This document shows positions 11,345 through 23,459 of a DNA stretch of 38,147 nucleotides, piece after piece. Position 1 is the stretch's first letter; every line of letters begins with the position of its first letter. This DNA is from Chiloscyllium plagiosum. Its lineage: Eukaryota. The stretch spans positions 1 to 38,147 of the forward strand of contig NW_025214684.1 in the NCBI RefSeq assembly GCF_004010195.1, in the 5' to 3' direction. The translations under genes were made by a program, and so were the position numbers. A model generated the notes under the pieces. The model made no database searches. It was not told the DNA's origin and saw only the letters and a list, made by a program, of their open reading frames with translations.

Positions 11345-11665
11345 TTTCAGAGCTTCCATACCTCCCAATGTCTGTAACCTCCTCCAGATCCATCACCTTC
11401 TGAACTAAACTAATCCAAGATTTCTATTATTTAGAGGTTGTGGCTTTAGTTGTCTAGGCCCTAAACTTTGAAGTTTCTACCCTAATGTTCTCTGCCTTTC
11501 TGCACCTATCTTTTCCTTTAAATTGCCGCTTAAACCTTTCCTTTGACTAAACTTCTGGTCACTTTGTCTTACTCTGCCTTCTTGTGAGTTGGGATCAAGC
11601 TTTTTGTCTGGCAACTCTCCTGTGTTGGACTTTGAGATAGTATTTAAGGATCTTAAAATTATTTA
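11345..11665 (+). mobile_element. L2-clade LINE 3' end remnant
   Basis: tgtaacctcctccag...gtggctttagttgtctaggccctaaactttg...cttaaacctttcctttgactaaacttctggtca is homologous to the 3' end of the L2 copy at ~34370-34830. Confidence 0.6.
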
Positions 11666-12404
11666 ATGCCTTTGCTGTTCTTATGAGAAGCCTCCTGACA
11701 TGATCTTTGGCAGAATGCGTTTCTTGTCATTGTTGCTTCATTGTTACCAATCAGTGAGTAAATAGTGTGAGAAGATGCAGTGGCAAAAAACTATTTCCAG
11801 AATATTGCTATTAGTAACATTTGATACTTTCAGTATATGTGGCAACCAAGGGATCAAGGATGTTAATTTGTGATAACCTAATTGTAGTGAGCCACAATTC
11901 TAAATATTAATGCAGAATGTTTTCTGTATTCCACAGGCACTCCTCCTCCACATTATACAATCTAAATCAAAATGTAACTCTTGGAATTTAAAAAAAAATT
12001 GATTGTTACTGAATACAGTTTTCTATTATCATGGGAGACAAACCATCTTGATTTAGACATATAACAGTCTGGCAAGTTCACTTATCACTTGCCTTCAGTG
12101 AAATAACAGCTTGGATTCAGAATTTCCTCTTTTTTTTACTTTGTTTGCCTTGATTTTCTGAAAACTTGTTTGAATATTTGAATGGGGGTAATGCACATCA
12201 TTAACTCAATTGCCATTACTTCTTGCATTTTAGTTTGCTCCTCTGATTAAGAATATTACTTCTCTCCCTGTCCCATTCCAAATTTCTTCTTTTTTTTGCC
12301 TTTCCTATATTACAACAATGATTACATTTAGAAAAAAATCCTATAGGCTTTAAAAGACTTCAGGACTATGAGCATAGCTACATAAATACATGTCCTTTTC
12401 TTTT

Positions 12405-12490
12405 TTAATCAGCCCGTTCAGAGATGTATCACACATCTCTGGAGCAGGTGGGACTTGAAACCAGGCCTCCTGGCTCAGACGTGGGAAGTA
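12405..12490 (-). mobile_element. Short tRNA-derived SINE fragment
   Basis: Minus strand ctgagccaggaggcctggtttcaagtcccacctgctcc has a B-box-like GTTTCAAGTCCC, followed by an internal 9-bp hairpin cagagatgt/acatctctg. Confidence 0.55.
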
Positions 12491-12589
12491 TCTTTTTCCT
12501 TACTCTCCTGAAGGCACTGATGCTCGGTGTTATGTAATTTTTCAGGCACAAACTGTCATCCAGAACCTTAACTTAGTGACTGTTATGAG

Positions 12590-12890
12590 GTTACACAGGG
12601 AGTGTTGGCAGGCTACATCAACCTGAGAAATGCCATCACAAAGCCTGATCTGTTAACTGCTCTATTACACATGAATTATACACAAGAGGCCAGTAAGTGA
12701 CAATTAGAGCTCAGAACATGTTTTCTTCCATTTGCCATCCCAACCCAATGGAGTAGTTGTGATTACGTTAGGTAAATTAATTCAGACTAAACCAAGAATT
12801 AAAGCCAGTGTCTTCAGATTTTCTTAAGACCATTCTACACAGGTCAAAGATATTATGGGAATTAGTGTTTTACCATTTGGTTATGCTGTA
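12590..12890 (-). mobile_element. Ancient SINE remnant (LF-SINE-like)
   Basis: gccatcacaaagcctgatctg...taattcagactaaaccaagaattaaagccagtgtcttc loosely follows the recalled antisense pattern of LF-SINE-related shark SINEs. Very diverged. Confidence 0.3.
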
Positions 12891-13670
12891 TGTCAGTGCA
12901 CAGAGATTCTGTTCATCAGGCTACTAGATGTTTTGCTGTCCTTTGTGTCGGGCTTCCGCCTGCTTATTCAACACTCAGGTTGACCATTTGTATTGGATCC
13001 TCTTTCTTGTAAAACCTTGTTTTACTTCTCTCTGCTTGTGCTTTGGCACTCTGCACTGTGATAACAATCGCTGATGGAATAATCTCAAATAAGCTAGTTA
13101 CTTGCATGACTGAAGTGCTGTTAGTTCCTGTCTGTCCAAACTAGTTGAGATGTCAGTCGTCTGAAATTCAATTTAAAATGTTGAAAGGAGGGTATTTTCA
13201 AATAGCATAGTATACAAATTAGATTATGTGCTCCAAATAAAGGCATGGTAATGCAGTAATGATAGATGAGTGGAAAATCCACTTCAATGGATTAGTTTGA
13301 GCATGCAATAGAATGGTGAAGCATGACCCAATTTAGGACAAAATTCAATGTCCGTGTTTAAAACAATAATTATCATGAATGTAAGTAAATTTAAGTTAGT
13401 GCTTTCTTTCTGTGGCATGCTTTTTGGGGATCATACAACATAAAGACAAAATATTTCTACAAGTTTGACAAAAATAAGTGCATGTGAATAGTTACTATAA
13501 ATTTTATTTTCCTGCTTAAGCTGCAAATGCTCACTCGCAATCCCTCTTTGTCACTCACTTGCTTACATAAGCTGTCTTCCAACCTCCTTGTGTCTCCTCA
13601 TTTCCCTGTAAGCATCCTTAAGGAAAGAGTCTGATTTGCTTGTTTTTTTCATTGAGCTGTTAATTTTTGG

Positions 13671-13730
13671 CAACTAATTTTACTAGTTTAAGTAATCATC
13701 AACTAATTTTACTAGTTTAAGTAATCATCA
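13671..13730. repeat. Perfect 29-bp tandem duplication
   Basis: caactaattttactagtttaagtaatcat at 13671-13699 and 13700-13728, followed by ca. Confidence 0.95.
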
Positions 13731-13779
13731 CCAAATTGCTCCCTGTGTCACATACTAGTGAATACAGAACTAGAAGTTT

Positions 13780-14335
13780 AGATTAGGTAGATAAATGCAT
13801 GCCTGGTGCGAGAGAGAGGGTTTTAGATTCCTGGAGCTTTGGGCCTGGATCTAAGAAGGTGGAACTGATAATGTCATTATGCAGTTGTCTGCTAATACAG
13901 CTAGGGAGAAGTTAAACTAATTTGGCAGGTGAGTAGTAGTATAACACCAGAAGGGAGAAGGGGAAAGGAAACATAGTAACAAAGAAAATAGGAGGATGAA
14001 GTGGCCATTCAGCCCTTTGAGCTTGCTCTGCCATTCTTGGCTGACTATTTCAGTAGCCTGTCCCTACTTTTTCCCTATACTCTTTGTTTCCTTTCGCCCT
14101 AAGAACTATATTTAACTCTTTCTTGAAAACAGGATTTGGAGAAAAGATGGATTTGCAGTTACAGCATATGCAATAATGTCTAAATTAGGGTTTCAGTGCA
14201 TGTGTATTAATGCACAAAGCATGGTAGTTAGCCTTAGTGCTACAAATAGCTCAATTAAAAATATAATGCTGTGGTGATAACCGACATTGGTCAAAAAGAG
14301 GCAAGACAGGATACTAAATATTCCTAATATAAGGG
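13780..14335 (+). mobile_element. CR1 fragment (ORF1 end / ORF2 endonuclease start) with a nested antisense CR1 3' end at ~13970-14130
   Basis: tggtgcgagagagagggttttagattcctg encodes WCEREGFRFL (ORF1 esterase end); cagtgcatgtgtattaatgcacaaagc encodes QCMCINAQS (start of the APE endonuclease). The nested piece has the typical antisense tail ggccattcagccctttgagc. Confidence 0.6.
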
Positions 14336-15206
14336 GTGTGTTTTTGTGTTATGTTTGAGAAAAGCCAGTGTTTCTAACTGGCAAAACACACCCAGCTCAT
14401 AACTTATCTTGGTCTGAGATTTTGTTTTATCCATCCAAGGTTTGAATTTGTGTCCTGAGGCAGGCTGATTAAAAGTCCACCTTAGTTCTCTGAGGTGGTT
14501 GCCAGTTCTGAATAATGTCTGTATGCCACCTCCATGCTTCTTTAGATCCATCAGGCCTCTAAATCTCTTTTACCATTTGTCCAATATGCATAGTCCTCAG
14601 GACCTATGTAATAACTGTAGGAATTATTTTAATTGCAGATGAAAAAAATTTAAACATGTTACAGTCTAATGAAACTCTAAAACAATAGTTGTTGAACTAT
14701 AAAGAAAAGACATACAGGATTCTGCAAAAAATTTCATCCTTTTATGTAGTCATTCGTTTGTTTAAAGAACCAATCGTTTTAATTTGAAATTATATGAAAG
14801 TTAAATTGTTATTCCAGCCTCTTAAAACATTCAGCTGTTCCACTGAACAGTTGTGCCAGCGCACCATCTGCTGAGCTAAGTAGTCTACAGCATTTGGGAC
14901 TCAGCCAAATATTCATAATGGCCACAGCTGTCAAGTTGCTAGCTTTCTGCTCTAAGACCCTGAAACTGAAAGACTAGATGGTGTTATATTTCTGTTTTAA
15001 TGCTGATAGCCTGCCAGTCAATGGAGAGTGACAGGTGGTTAGATTGTTTTTGCATGAGCAGTAGGGCAGGTACTTTTCTGAAAGCTTGAGCATTGTGTAC
15101 AGTTAAATAACAGTACCAAACATAAAGGGAGAGTTTCCTATCCGATTCTTTTACAACTTTTAGTGTATTATGGCAATTGCATGAATGGAGAAAACTTGTA
15201 CTGTGC

Positions 15207-15290
15207 TTAGATTAGATTAGATTAGATTACTTTAGATTAGATTAGATTAGATTAGATTAGATTAGATTAGATTACTTACAGTGTGGAAAC
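15207..15290 (-). repeat. (TTAGA)n / (TCTAA)n tail of an extremely 5'-truncated CR1/HE1-type retroposon
   Basis: Pentamer array 15207-15274 with one ttact interruption, followed by tacagtgtggaaa (15277-15289), identical to 4497-4509 in the HE1 tail. Confidence 0.85.
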
Positions 15291-15529
15291 TGTTCAATAT
15301 CAACTTCAATTTGCTGGACAGAGTCCAATGGTTAATCATGGCATTCAAAACAGATATACTTAAGAATACAGCATCTTATGGTGACCTTTTAAGGTGTCAT
15401 ATTATTTTACAGTTTCCTGTCAGCATCTCTCAGACTCCCTAGAAGGCTCAACTCCCCTTCCTACAAGGCCACAAACCCTTTTAAAGAGATGCTTCTTATA
15501 AGGGTTTCCAAAGCTACGCCAGCACACAT

Positions 15530-15615
15530 ATAAGAACAGCAATAGGCCATTCAGCCCTTTGAATCTGTTCCATCATTCAATAAAATTGTGGCTGATCTGT
15601 GGCCTAACTCCAAAA
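15530..15615 (-). mobile_element. CR1 3' end stub
   Basis: aataggccattcagccctttgaatctgttccatcattcaataa...tggctgatctgtggcctaactcca; same pattern as the copies at 25080, 26295 and 32242. Confidence 0.65.
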
Positions 15616-16679
15616 TAGTGTGTGCGAGGAAATCCAATTTCCTTTGTGGTCCTCACTTGACCCTTGGGCATTTTGCACATTAAACATTTTCACGCCCATG
15701 CAAAGACCCCCCCCCCCCCCCCGCCCGCCCACCCTGAAATGTTGTAGACTCAGAAGGCAGAGAAAGATTATTTCTCCTGTTTACAAAAACAAAACTTTGC
15801 AAACCAAATCGCTGCTTTCATTGGGAGGTGAGATTCCAGTACAAATTTTTCAGAATCAAAAATGGGGAAGGAATGAGGTAGGTGACAATGTTGATCATTG
15901 AGCATATTACAGTGTTGGAGAGGGAGGATGCATGGCAAGGGTCAAAGAATGTTTATTAACTCAAACCAAATGCAATCAATTTATCAACCTACTGAGCATA
16001 TTCTATAGGTTATCAACTAGTAGAACAGATTTGAGGAAATCAGTTAATTGAAAACACTGAGGTGGTTATAATGCAGATTTGAATTATCGTAAATGAAGTG
16101 CTAAATGATACAGTAAAGGCTAGGGGGAGGCTTCTGAAGAACATTCAGAAAGATTTTGAATATTTCTGTGCTAATGAGGAAATTCTAGGAAATTAATGGA
16201 TCAAATGTAAGTAGGGGTGCATTTATGCAGTAGTGATCATCACAAGAGATTTAAGTTAGCTTTGTAAAATGACGGGGAACAATCTAAATTAAAATATTTT
16301 ATTGAGGAAGGGACAATTTCAATGTGCTGAGAACACGTTCAACTCTGGCAAGTAGCAATCAAAACATTAGCAGGCAATACAATAACAAAACATTGGTTGC
16401 CTCTAAAGAGGAACTGGGTCTAGTTTGTCCCCACAAGGGGAAAAGGGAAGAGAGAGCATAGCCAGACTCCCTGGATAATGAAAGAAAGAATAGATGGAGC
16501 AACAAATATGATGTATCTGACAAACATCAAGTTGATAATAAAAGTGAGGTGGTTAGTGAAATTGTCAGCTATTCCCAATGTCCATGGCTGGCTACTGCTC
16601 TGTGCTGGTAATGCTGGTTAGTCAAACTAGTGCACACTCACCACATGACCATTCCAACCAACTGAAGTGGAGTTGCCAA

Positions 16680-17995
16680 GCTAGAAAGCAAAATTCAGAC
16701 ATCGCTAAGGAGTGGGGAGATACCATCATTGACCATTGAAGAAATTTTGGTAATGTGGTTCAAGGCAAGAGCATTTCAAGAAAAATCCAAGGTTCAAGAA
16801 CATTCCCATGCCTGGTTCAAACCTGCAGGAAAATGGAGTTGTTCTGGTAGAGTGACTGGGCAACACGGGGTTTAGCTGCAGCAATAGTCTGATTTCATTC
16901 CAGACAGGGCAATGTCTTCCATGTGGTAAGCAGTAAACTCGATAGTTAGAGTAACAGTGATAGATGATTGGCTGCAAAATGGTCTTGCTCACGTCCTGAA
17001 TAAGTGCGCACCATGATTTCTAATGCTAATGAAACCAGACTGTTTACCAGATTGCTCTTTTATGTGTTTCATCTATGGTGGAAAGTGAAATAAGAAACCT
17101 GTCACTGCGCTAGTCTGTGCCAACATGGATGGCACTGAAAGGCTGCTACTTGTGATAGGAAAGTCCAAGAAGCTATTGCAAACGTCAAGGCGCTGCTGCT
17201 GCAATATAAGGCTAGCAATGCCAGCTGGATGACATCCAATGTTTTTGAGATGTGGATTAGGAAAGGGGAAAAAAATATAACAGCAGAAGAAAATGATCTA
17301 TAAAGATTGACATCATTACACACAACTGCCTGGTGCGTCTCAACATCACTGACCTTAAGTGCCAAGCTGACATTGGCCAGACCTCAGCTAGAGGAGGAAA
17401 TTAGGAACCTAAAAAAAACTACCAATCACTCAGGCTGTTGAGGTCATTAATAAGGTCAAGAAACAGCCCAAATATTCTGGAAGTCATGACCACGATGGAG
17501 TGCTGTAATAGATGATGATGGAAGCTACAGTCACCGACTGCTTCTGTCACACTGCATTTATACTGGCTAAACTGTACAAAACACTGAGAATGAGGAACAT
17601 AGTGAAGACAGCAGTTCCGACGATGAGACGTTTTGCTTGCCTGTGGGAGACTGATTGTGCAAATTTCAGTGAAGACAGCTTGGGAATGTTTGTCAGGTAG
17701 ATTACACCATAAACTGAACAATGAAACCTAGCAAATGAGATACTTGTAGATGCAGAGCATTCTTTAACCAATGGGCTAGAGGAAGCCAATAACCCTGAAA
17801 AGTCGAATGAACTCTTGCCCACTCTTGTTTCTGTTTCCCTTTCTGAAGCTGCCAAGGCCATAAGATGCTCTGGGAGTTTGCATTTTAGCATAAAAATGTG
17901 GAAAATGTGTTTAACTTCATTTACAATATGGGGGATTCTATCCCACTCATGTGAAAGCAACATGTTAAGCTGAAAATCATTGCAGTCTTTGTAGA
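16680..17995 (+). pseudogene. pogo/Tigger (CENP-B/TIGD-like) DDE transposase fossil
   Basis: Colinear frameshifted motifs: NSDIAKEWG-IPSLTI (psq HTH, ~16692), IEEILVMWFKAR and NIPMPGSNLQE..LGNTGFSCSN (CENP-B HTH), ISNANETRLF (equivalent to FNADETGLF, ~17016), KKPVTALVCANMDGTERLLLVIGKSKK, NVKALLLQYKASNASWMTSNVFEMWIRK. Stops and frameshifts throughout; TIRs not identified. Confidence 0.85.
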
Positions 17996-19889
17996 GCCAG
18001 CTCCTGACATTTTTCAGTGCCTTTTTCTGTAAAAGTGAGGCCATTGTAAGGTATGAACAAATTGAAAAATGAAGACTTTTTAAAAATAGATTTACTCTGT
18101 CAGTTTTCATTTTGTTTTGACATGGAGTGTGTATGTTGGCACATTGCATAAGAGTTTCTCAGCAATATCAAAGATCCACTGAACACATTTTGTGATTGGG
18201 CCCGCTGTGAATTGACTTATCATGATTTTACTCTAAATGTCTGTCTGACAAGCTAGATTATAATACATAGTTAGCTATGGTACTTTTTGAAAACAAAAAC
18301 ATTAGGTTTCAGGTTTTACTTGATAACTGAATGAATTCAGATTGCGCAAAACGTTAGATCACTTTATATAACTGAATGAATTCTGTTATATAAATTGATA
18401 TAGTATTTTGCACAAACTATAGTTGAATGACTAGAACAATAAACTACCAGTATTTAGATGCATGTTGTATTTATTATAAATATTTATTATCTTGGTTCCA
18501 TATTAGAAAATGCTTTGTATAGCTTTCTTGTTGACACAATAAGTAACAATATGTAGAGTTTCTTCTAGTTGTTTCTTTACTTGTTGTAGCATAATATTAA
18601 ACCAGTTAAGTTTTGCGGCAGCCTGTTTTGTTATATTTCAGTTGTGTTCTCGATGTGTATGTGCGGCATGCACTGTCCAGTCCCTGAATGTTTTTGCTAA
18701 TCCCATCGTAAAAACCAAAAGAGTTATCAGCAATTTGTTATTGCTTTTGCAGCACTTAACTTTTAAATAGTGCTTTGAAATGACACGAAATAGTTGATAC
18801 CACACTTACTCATTCTTAACTGTTTTTGTCTTCCTGTTTTAATTCTGTTTAGTTCTTTTTAATATCCTTTAACTGTTTTCCTTGTTAGCTGCAGTGGTTG
18901 CTTGCTTTGCTAGCTGAACCTAGTACTGCTAGAGAAAGTGATTGTTAATGTTTGAACTCAGAAATCCCAGGCTTCAGTTCACTCCAAGTTATTGCACTCA
19001 GCAAAGTGCCAGTGTTTGACTAGCTGCCAATGCACCAGAGTTTAGGCAGGTCATACAGACCTGAACAGGATGTTCCTCACCAGCTATTAACAAATGCAAG
19101 CCACAAATATCTTGGATGTGAATTGGATCATATTTACTTTTGGGCTCTGTTCAATTTCTATATGATGTGAATGGTGCATGAAGGCTTTCATAACAATATT
19201 TGTGCTTCTAGTATAAACACTTTGACTGGGGGGAATGACAGAATGTGTGAAATAATGTTGGTTCTCCACAGATGGGGAGTAGTTATCAATTGTGGTAATC
19301 AGTATAAAAATAGCTGCCAGGTTTATTTGCACTCTTTGATACAGCTGGTAAATTGGCTGCTGTTAAAAGAACACATGCTGACAAATTCTATTTTTAGTTG
19401 ACATGCCTATGTTTATATATAAAATTTTGCTTATTAAATTAGAAAAAGATATATAGGTTAGTACTTAGCAGTACTTTTGCTGAAATTGCTGTTTTTTTTC
19501 TCATTTTGGCTGTATCAGCAAATTCTTGGCATTGAAGTGGTTGGGGACAAACAGCAGAGATGCTTGATAAGTTTTCGATTGTTCACACTACGAGTTACAT
19601 TCACTTCCCAATCTGGACTATTTTAGGATATTAAGTGTGTCTCTGAAAACAGCAATCGCACAGCTTTACCTGACAAAAGGTATTCTCTTATGTTTTAGTT
19701 GGGATCTTTTCAACTTTCTGTTTTGGATCTGAAAGGAACTATATGCAGGTCTAGTTGTTTTTAATAAGTAATGATATAATTATTTAAAATTAAACCATAG
19801 ATTATTTTTTCATTAGATTATGGCATCTTGATGTGAATCATATTGCAAAGAGCATGTATTTGTTCTTTTCTATTGCGTTCGCTCTTTGG

Positions 19890-21188
19890 ATGATATATCC
19901 CATTGAGAATGAAGGATTCTAAGAAGGGGATAAGCCAACCATGTTAACCAGGGAAATTAAGGGTAGCATTGTACTTTTCTTTTCAAATTTAATGTTGCAA
20001 AATTAATGGTAAGCCAGAAAATTGCGAAAGTTTGAAAAACCAACAAACGATTACCAAAAAAAAAGATGGAAAATAAATAAGGGTGAAATTGCAAGTGATA
20101 TCAAGATTGTCAGCAAGAGCTTATTTAGAGCAGCACAGTGGCTCAGTGATTAGCACTGCTGCCTCACAGTGTCAGGGAGCTGAGTTCGATTCTACCCTCT
20201 GGCACTCTGTGTGGAGTTTGCATATTCTTCATGTGTCTGTGTTAGTTTCCTCTGAGGGTTCCAGTTCCCACCTACAGTCTAAAGATCTACAGGTTAGGTG
20301 GATTGGCTATGGTAAATGCAGGGTTACGGGGGTGGGTCTGGGTGGGATGCTGTTCAGAGGGTCAGTGTAGACTGTAGGAATTATATGATTCTATAAAGAA
20401 ATAGGCAGGTTAAACTGAATATAAGCCTGTTTTAGAACAAAGCTTGAAAAATAATGAAAACCAGGAAATAGCAAAGGAATTAAATGAGTACTTTGTGTTA
20501 GTCTTTATAGCAAAATATTTAATATTTTTAAAATACTATTGGTGTAATCAAGGGATAAAAAGGGAGAGGAAATAAACACCACAACTAATTGGAGAAAAAC
20601 TGCTAGAGAAACTAATGGAGCTAAAGATCAATATGTTCTTTGGACCTGATGAGATGTCTCCCTAGAGAATAAATAAGTAGCTCGAAGTGTTGAATGCACT
20701 GGTAGTAATCGTCCAAGAATCCTTAGATTCTGAGATTCTGGAAAGCTCTCGGAGGATTGGAAAGTTGTCCATGTAACAAAAAAGGAAGGAGACAAAAACT
20801 AGATAATCTAGTCCAGTTAGCTAACTGTCTGTTATTGGGAAACTGTAACTCTATTATAAAGAATATAACCGCAGAACATTTAGAAATATATAATATGATC
20901 CAGCAGAGTAAGCATGGCTTTGTGAAAGGGAAGTCATGCCTGACAAATTTATTACAATTCTTTGAGGCTGTAACAAGCATGATAGATAAGGGGGGGACCA
21001 GCAGATGTAATCTATTTGGATTTCCAAAAGACACTTGATAAGATACCATTAACAAGGCGACTTAAAAAGATAAAACTCCATGGTGTTGGCGTAGTATGTT
21101 TACATGGATAGAGGATTGGCTAACTAATAGAAGTCATAGTTGGATAAGAGGGGGCAATTCAGGATGGCAATCTGCAGCTAGTGGTGTG
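19890..21188 (+). mobile_element. CR1 LINE internal fragment (ORF2 linker to RT N-half)
   Basis: ORF 20757-21038 contains HLEIYNMIQQSKHGFVKGKSCLTNLLQFFEAVTSMIDKG (canonical QHGF.KGKSCLTNLLEFFE). Ends abruptly at gctagtggtgtgc (SGV of SGVPQG). Confidence 0.85.
20128..20394 (+). mobile_element. HE1-type V-SINE nested in CR1
   Basis: A box gtggctcagtgattagc, B box gagttcgattc, V-domain, and tail ...ctgtaggaattatatgattctat. Confidence 0.85.
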
Positions 21189-23400
21189 CTATGTTTTTGA
21201 GCAACTTCATATGACTCCGTTTTGGATCTATACTATTCTTACTTACATTTGTTCAACATAATTGGGCCCCTCTTCCTTTTGCAACTTTGCACCTGATAAG
21301 GATGTATAATACATGCATTAATTTCTTAATTATTAAATATTGCCACCCCACAACCATATATTTTAGTGAAGTTGCCCAATGTATTGCAGCCAACTCATAT
21401 CTTGTATCTTTATAGTTTCCTTTGTTTAGATTTAGGACTCTAGCTTCAGACTGGATCACCACTTTCTCTCCCAATAGAGAATTATAAGATGTTATGGTCA
21501 CACTTTTCACAGCAAGATTATTAATTAAACCTTCTTACTGCACAATACCAAATCTAGGACAGCCTATTCCCTAGTTGGCTCTTCAATGTATTGTTCTTAA
21601 AAAAAAAGCACATACTTCAGGAATTCATCCACCACCATATTATGGCTGTTTGGTTTGCCCAGTCTTTATGTAAATTTAAGTCACCCATGATTACTGTTGG
21701 ACCCTTGTACACCCATCTCTAAAATCCAATTACTTCTGTTCTCTACCTTATCACTGTTATTTGAAGACCCTTAGACAACATCCAATAATATTGTCAATCC
21801 ATTTTTGGTCCTTCACTGATTCAGAAAATGTTGATGTGGAATTGATGCCCTTTTGTTTTGATTTAATCCTTTATTCACAACCGTGTCCCACCTTTTGTTT
21901 TGTTTTTCCTCCTAAATATTGAATACCCGTTGCATTTTCAGTCCCCAGTTCTGGTCATCCTGCAGCCAGGTCTTCATAATTGTAATCATATAGTATCCGT
22001 TTACAGGTTTGTGCACTGTTATTTTCTAAAAAAATCAACTTGAAAATGCTGTGCACGTTCAGATGCAGTACTGATTTAGATTTGCCTTTTTAAAGCTTAT
22101 ATCCTTTTTAATACTCTTATTTGTTGCTAAATTTTGTTTCATCTACCTTTTGACTTTTGCCTACTATTTTCCTATCTTTCATTCCTAACTTTATTTTACT
22201 TTGTTCGGTCTCTCTGCTCTTGTGCCCATCCTTGTGCCACTCTAGTTCATAAACTCCTCTCCATAGTGCGAGCAAATGTTCCTGTGAGTTTTTTGGCTTT
22301 GCACTTGCTGGAATGCAACGCATTCAACTTGCATATGTTCGACCTTTTTCAGAATCAGTCACAGTGTCTGAGGAATCAAAATCCCTCCCTCAAAAACCAT
22401 CTCTCCAACCATACATTCATCCAATTTGTTCTCCTGTATTGGGTCTCATTGGCATGTGGCACTGGGAATAGTCCTGAGATTACTGCCTTTTTTTTGAGGT
22501 CCTGATTTAAAATTTATTTCCTACCTTCCTATGTTCTGTGCGTAGTACCTCACCCCTTCTGTTTCTGATGTTGGTTCTGACATGGACCATAATCATGGCT
22601 GTTCTTCCTGCCCATTCAGAATGTCTTGCAGCAGCTCAGTGGCATCCTTGGCCCTAGTACCAGGGAGACAACAAACCATTCTGGTGTCATAATATCACTG
22701 CAGAAATGCCTATCTATTCCTTAAGTGATAGAAATGATATTGCTCTTACATTCTCTTCCCCTCACCCTTGCAGATGAGCCAAGTGTGGCGCCACAGATTT
22801 GGCTCTCACTGACTTCCCTTCAGCAGCATCCTAAATGGAAAATCTGCAACGGAGAGGGAGGTGGGCCTGCAGGGCTCCTGCACTACTTACCTGATGCTAT
22901 TATTATTCTAACCCATTCCCTTTCTGCCTACACAATCTTTACCTGCAGTATGATTACCTTACTATGCATGTTATCCACAAAGATCTCAAGGTGCCTCAAG
23001 AGACTCCAGCCATTATACCTGGTGTGAAATATAGATTTTGTTATCTGCAGCTGGAGATAGTTCCTGCACACATAGAGATCATGAATACTGGAAGTGTCAT
23101 AATTTCCTGTACCACAAAGAGAGACATTACAGCTGGTATTACTCCTTTCCATTTATTTGCTCCAGTTCAAAGAATATGAAATTATACCAGAAACTTTACC
23201 TTCCTTATAATACCTTAAACATTACTTAATCTAAATTAAAGATCAGTGTTTACTTTAAAAATGGTTCAATAGCTATACTCATCCATGAGCCACTGCATCT
23301 GCTCCCCTGTTCCTCACCAATGAACTTGTAGTTTTCTTACATTACTTGATTTTCTTTCAAGCTCAGCTCTTCCATCTGTCAAGAGGTCTCTCGCAGTTCC
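21185..23400 (-). mobile_element. CR1 LINE 5' half (ORF1 and APE endonuclease), degenerate
   Basis: Minus-strand DLYVCRNYLQLQ (ORF1 zinc-finger/zipper remnant, ~23045-23080) and RVLNLNKGNYKDTRYELAAIHWATSL (post-endonuclease, 21360-21440). Truncated before the RT domain. Confidence 0.75.
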
Positions 23401-23459
23401 AGCTTTCTCCGCTGGATGCTAAGTTTATAATTTAGACAATAATTAATGATTTAGTATTT

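Noticed and set aside
13671..13730. 29-bp repeats or the 16-bp repeats at 18323/18368 as a CRISPR-like array
   Set aside because: Only two copies each, no spacer series, no cas genes, and a vertebrate intronic context.
17419..17721. Minus-strand peptide containing MTSRI, like the start of MITF exon 1B1b (MTSRILLRQQ)
   Set aside because: Wrong strand, no following LLRQQLMREQ, and it lies antisense within the pogo transposase fossil; coincidental.
17547..18149. 200-aa minus-strand ORF, the longest in the window
   Set aside because: Antisense to the decayed transposase 3' region, with no recognisable domain or splice/promoter context.
20128..20200. A-box/B-box sequences (also 4750-4816 and 23460-23550) as tRNA genes
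   Set aside because: No complete cloverleaf, and each continues into a SINE body and tail.
19890..23400. A single CR1 element with an internal inversion
   Set aside because: Both pieces contain the same linker region in diverged form, indicating two separate copies.
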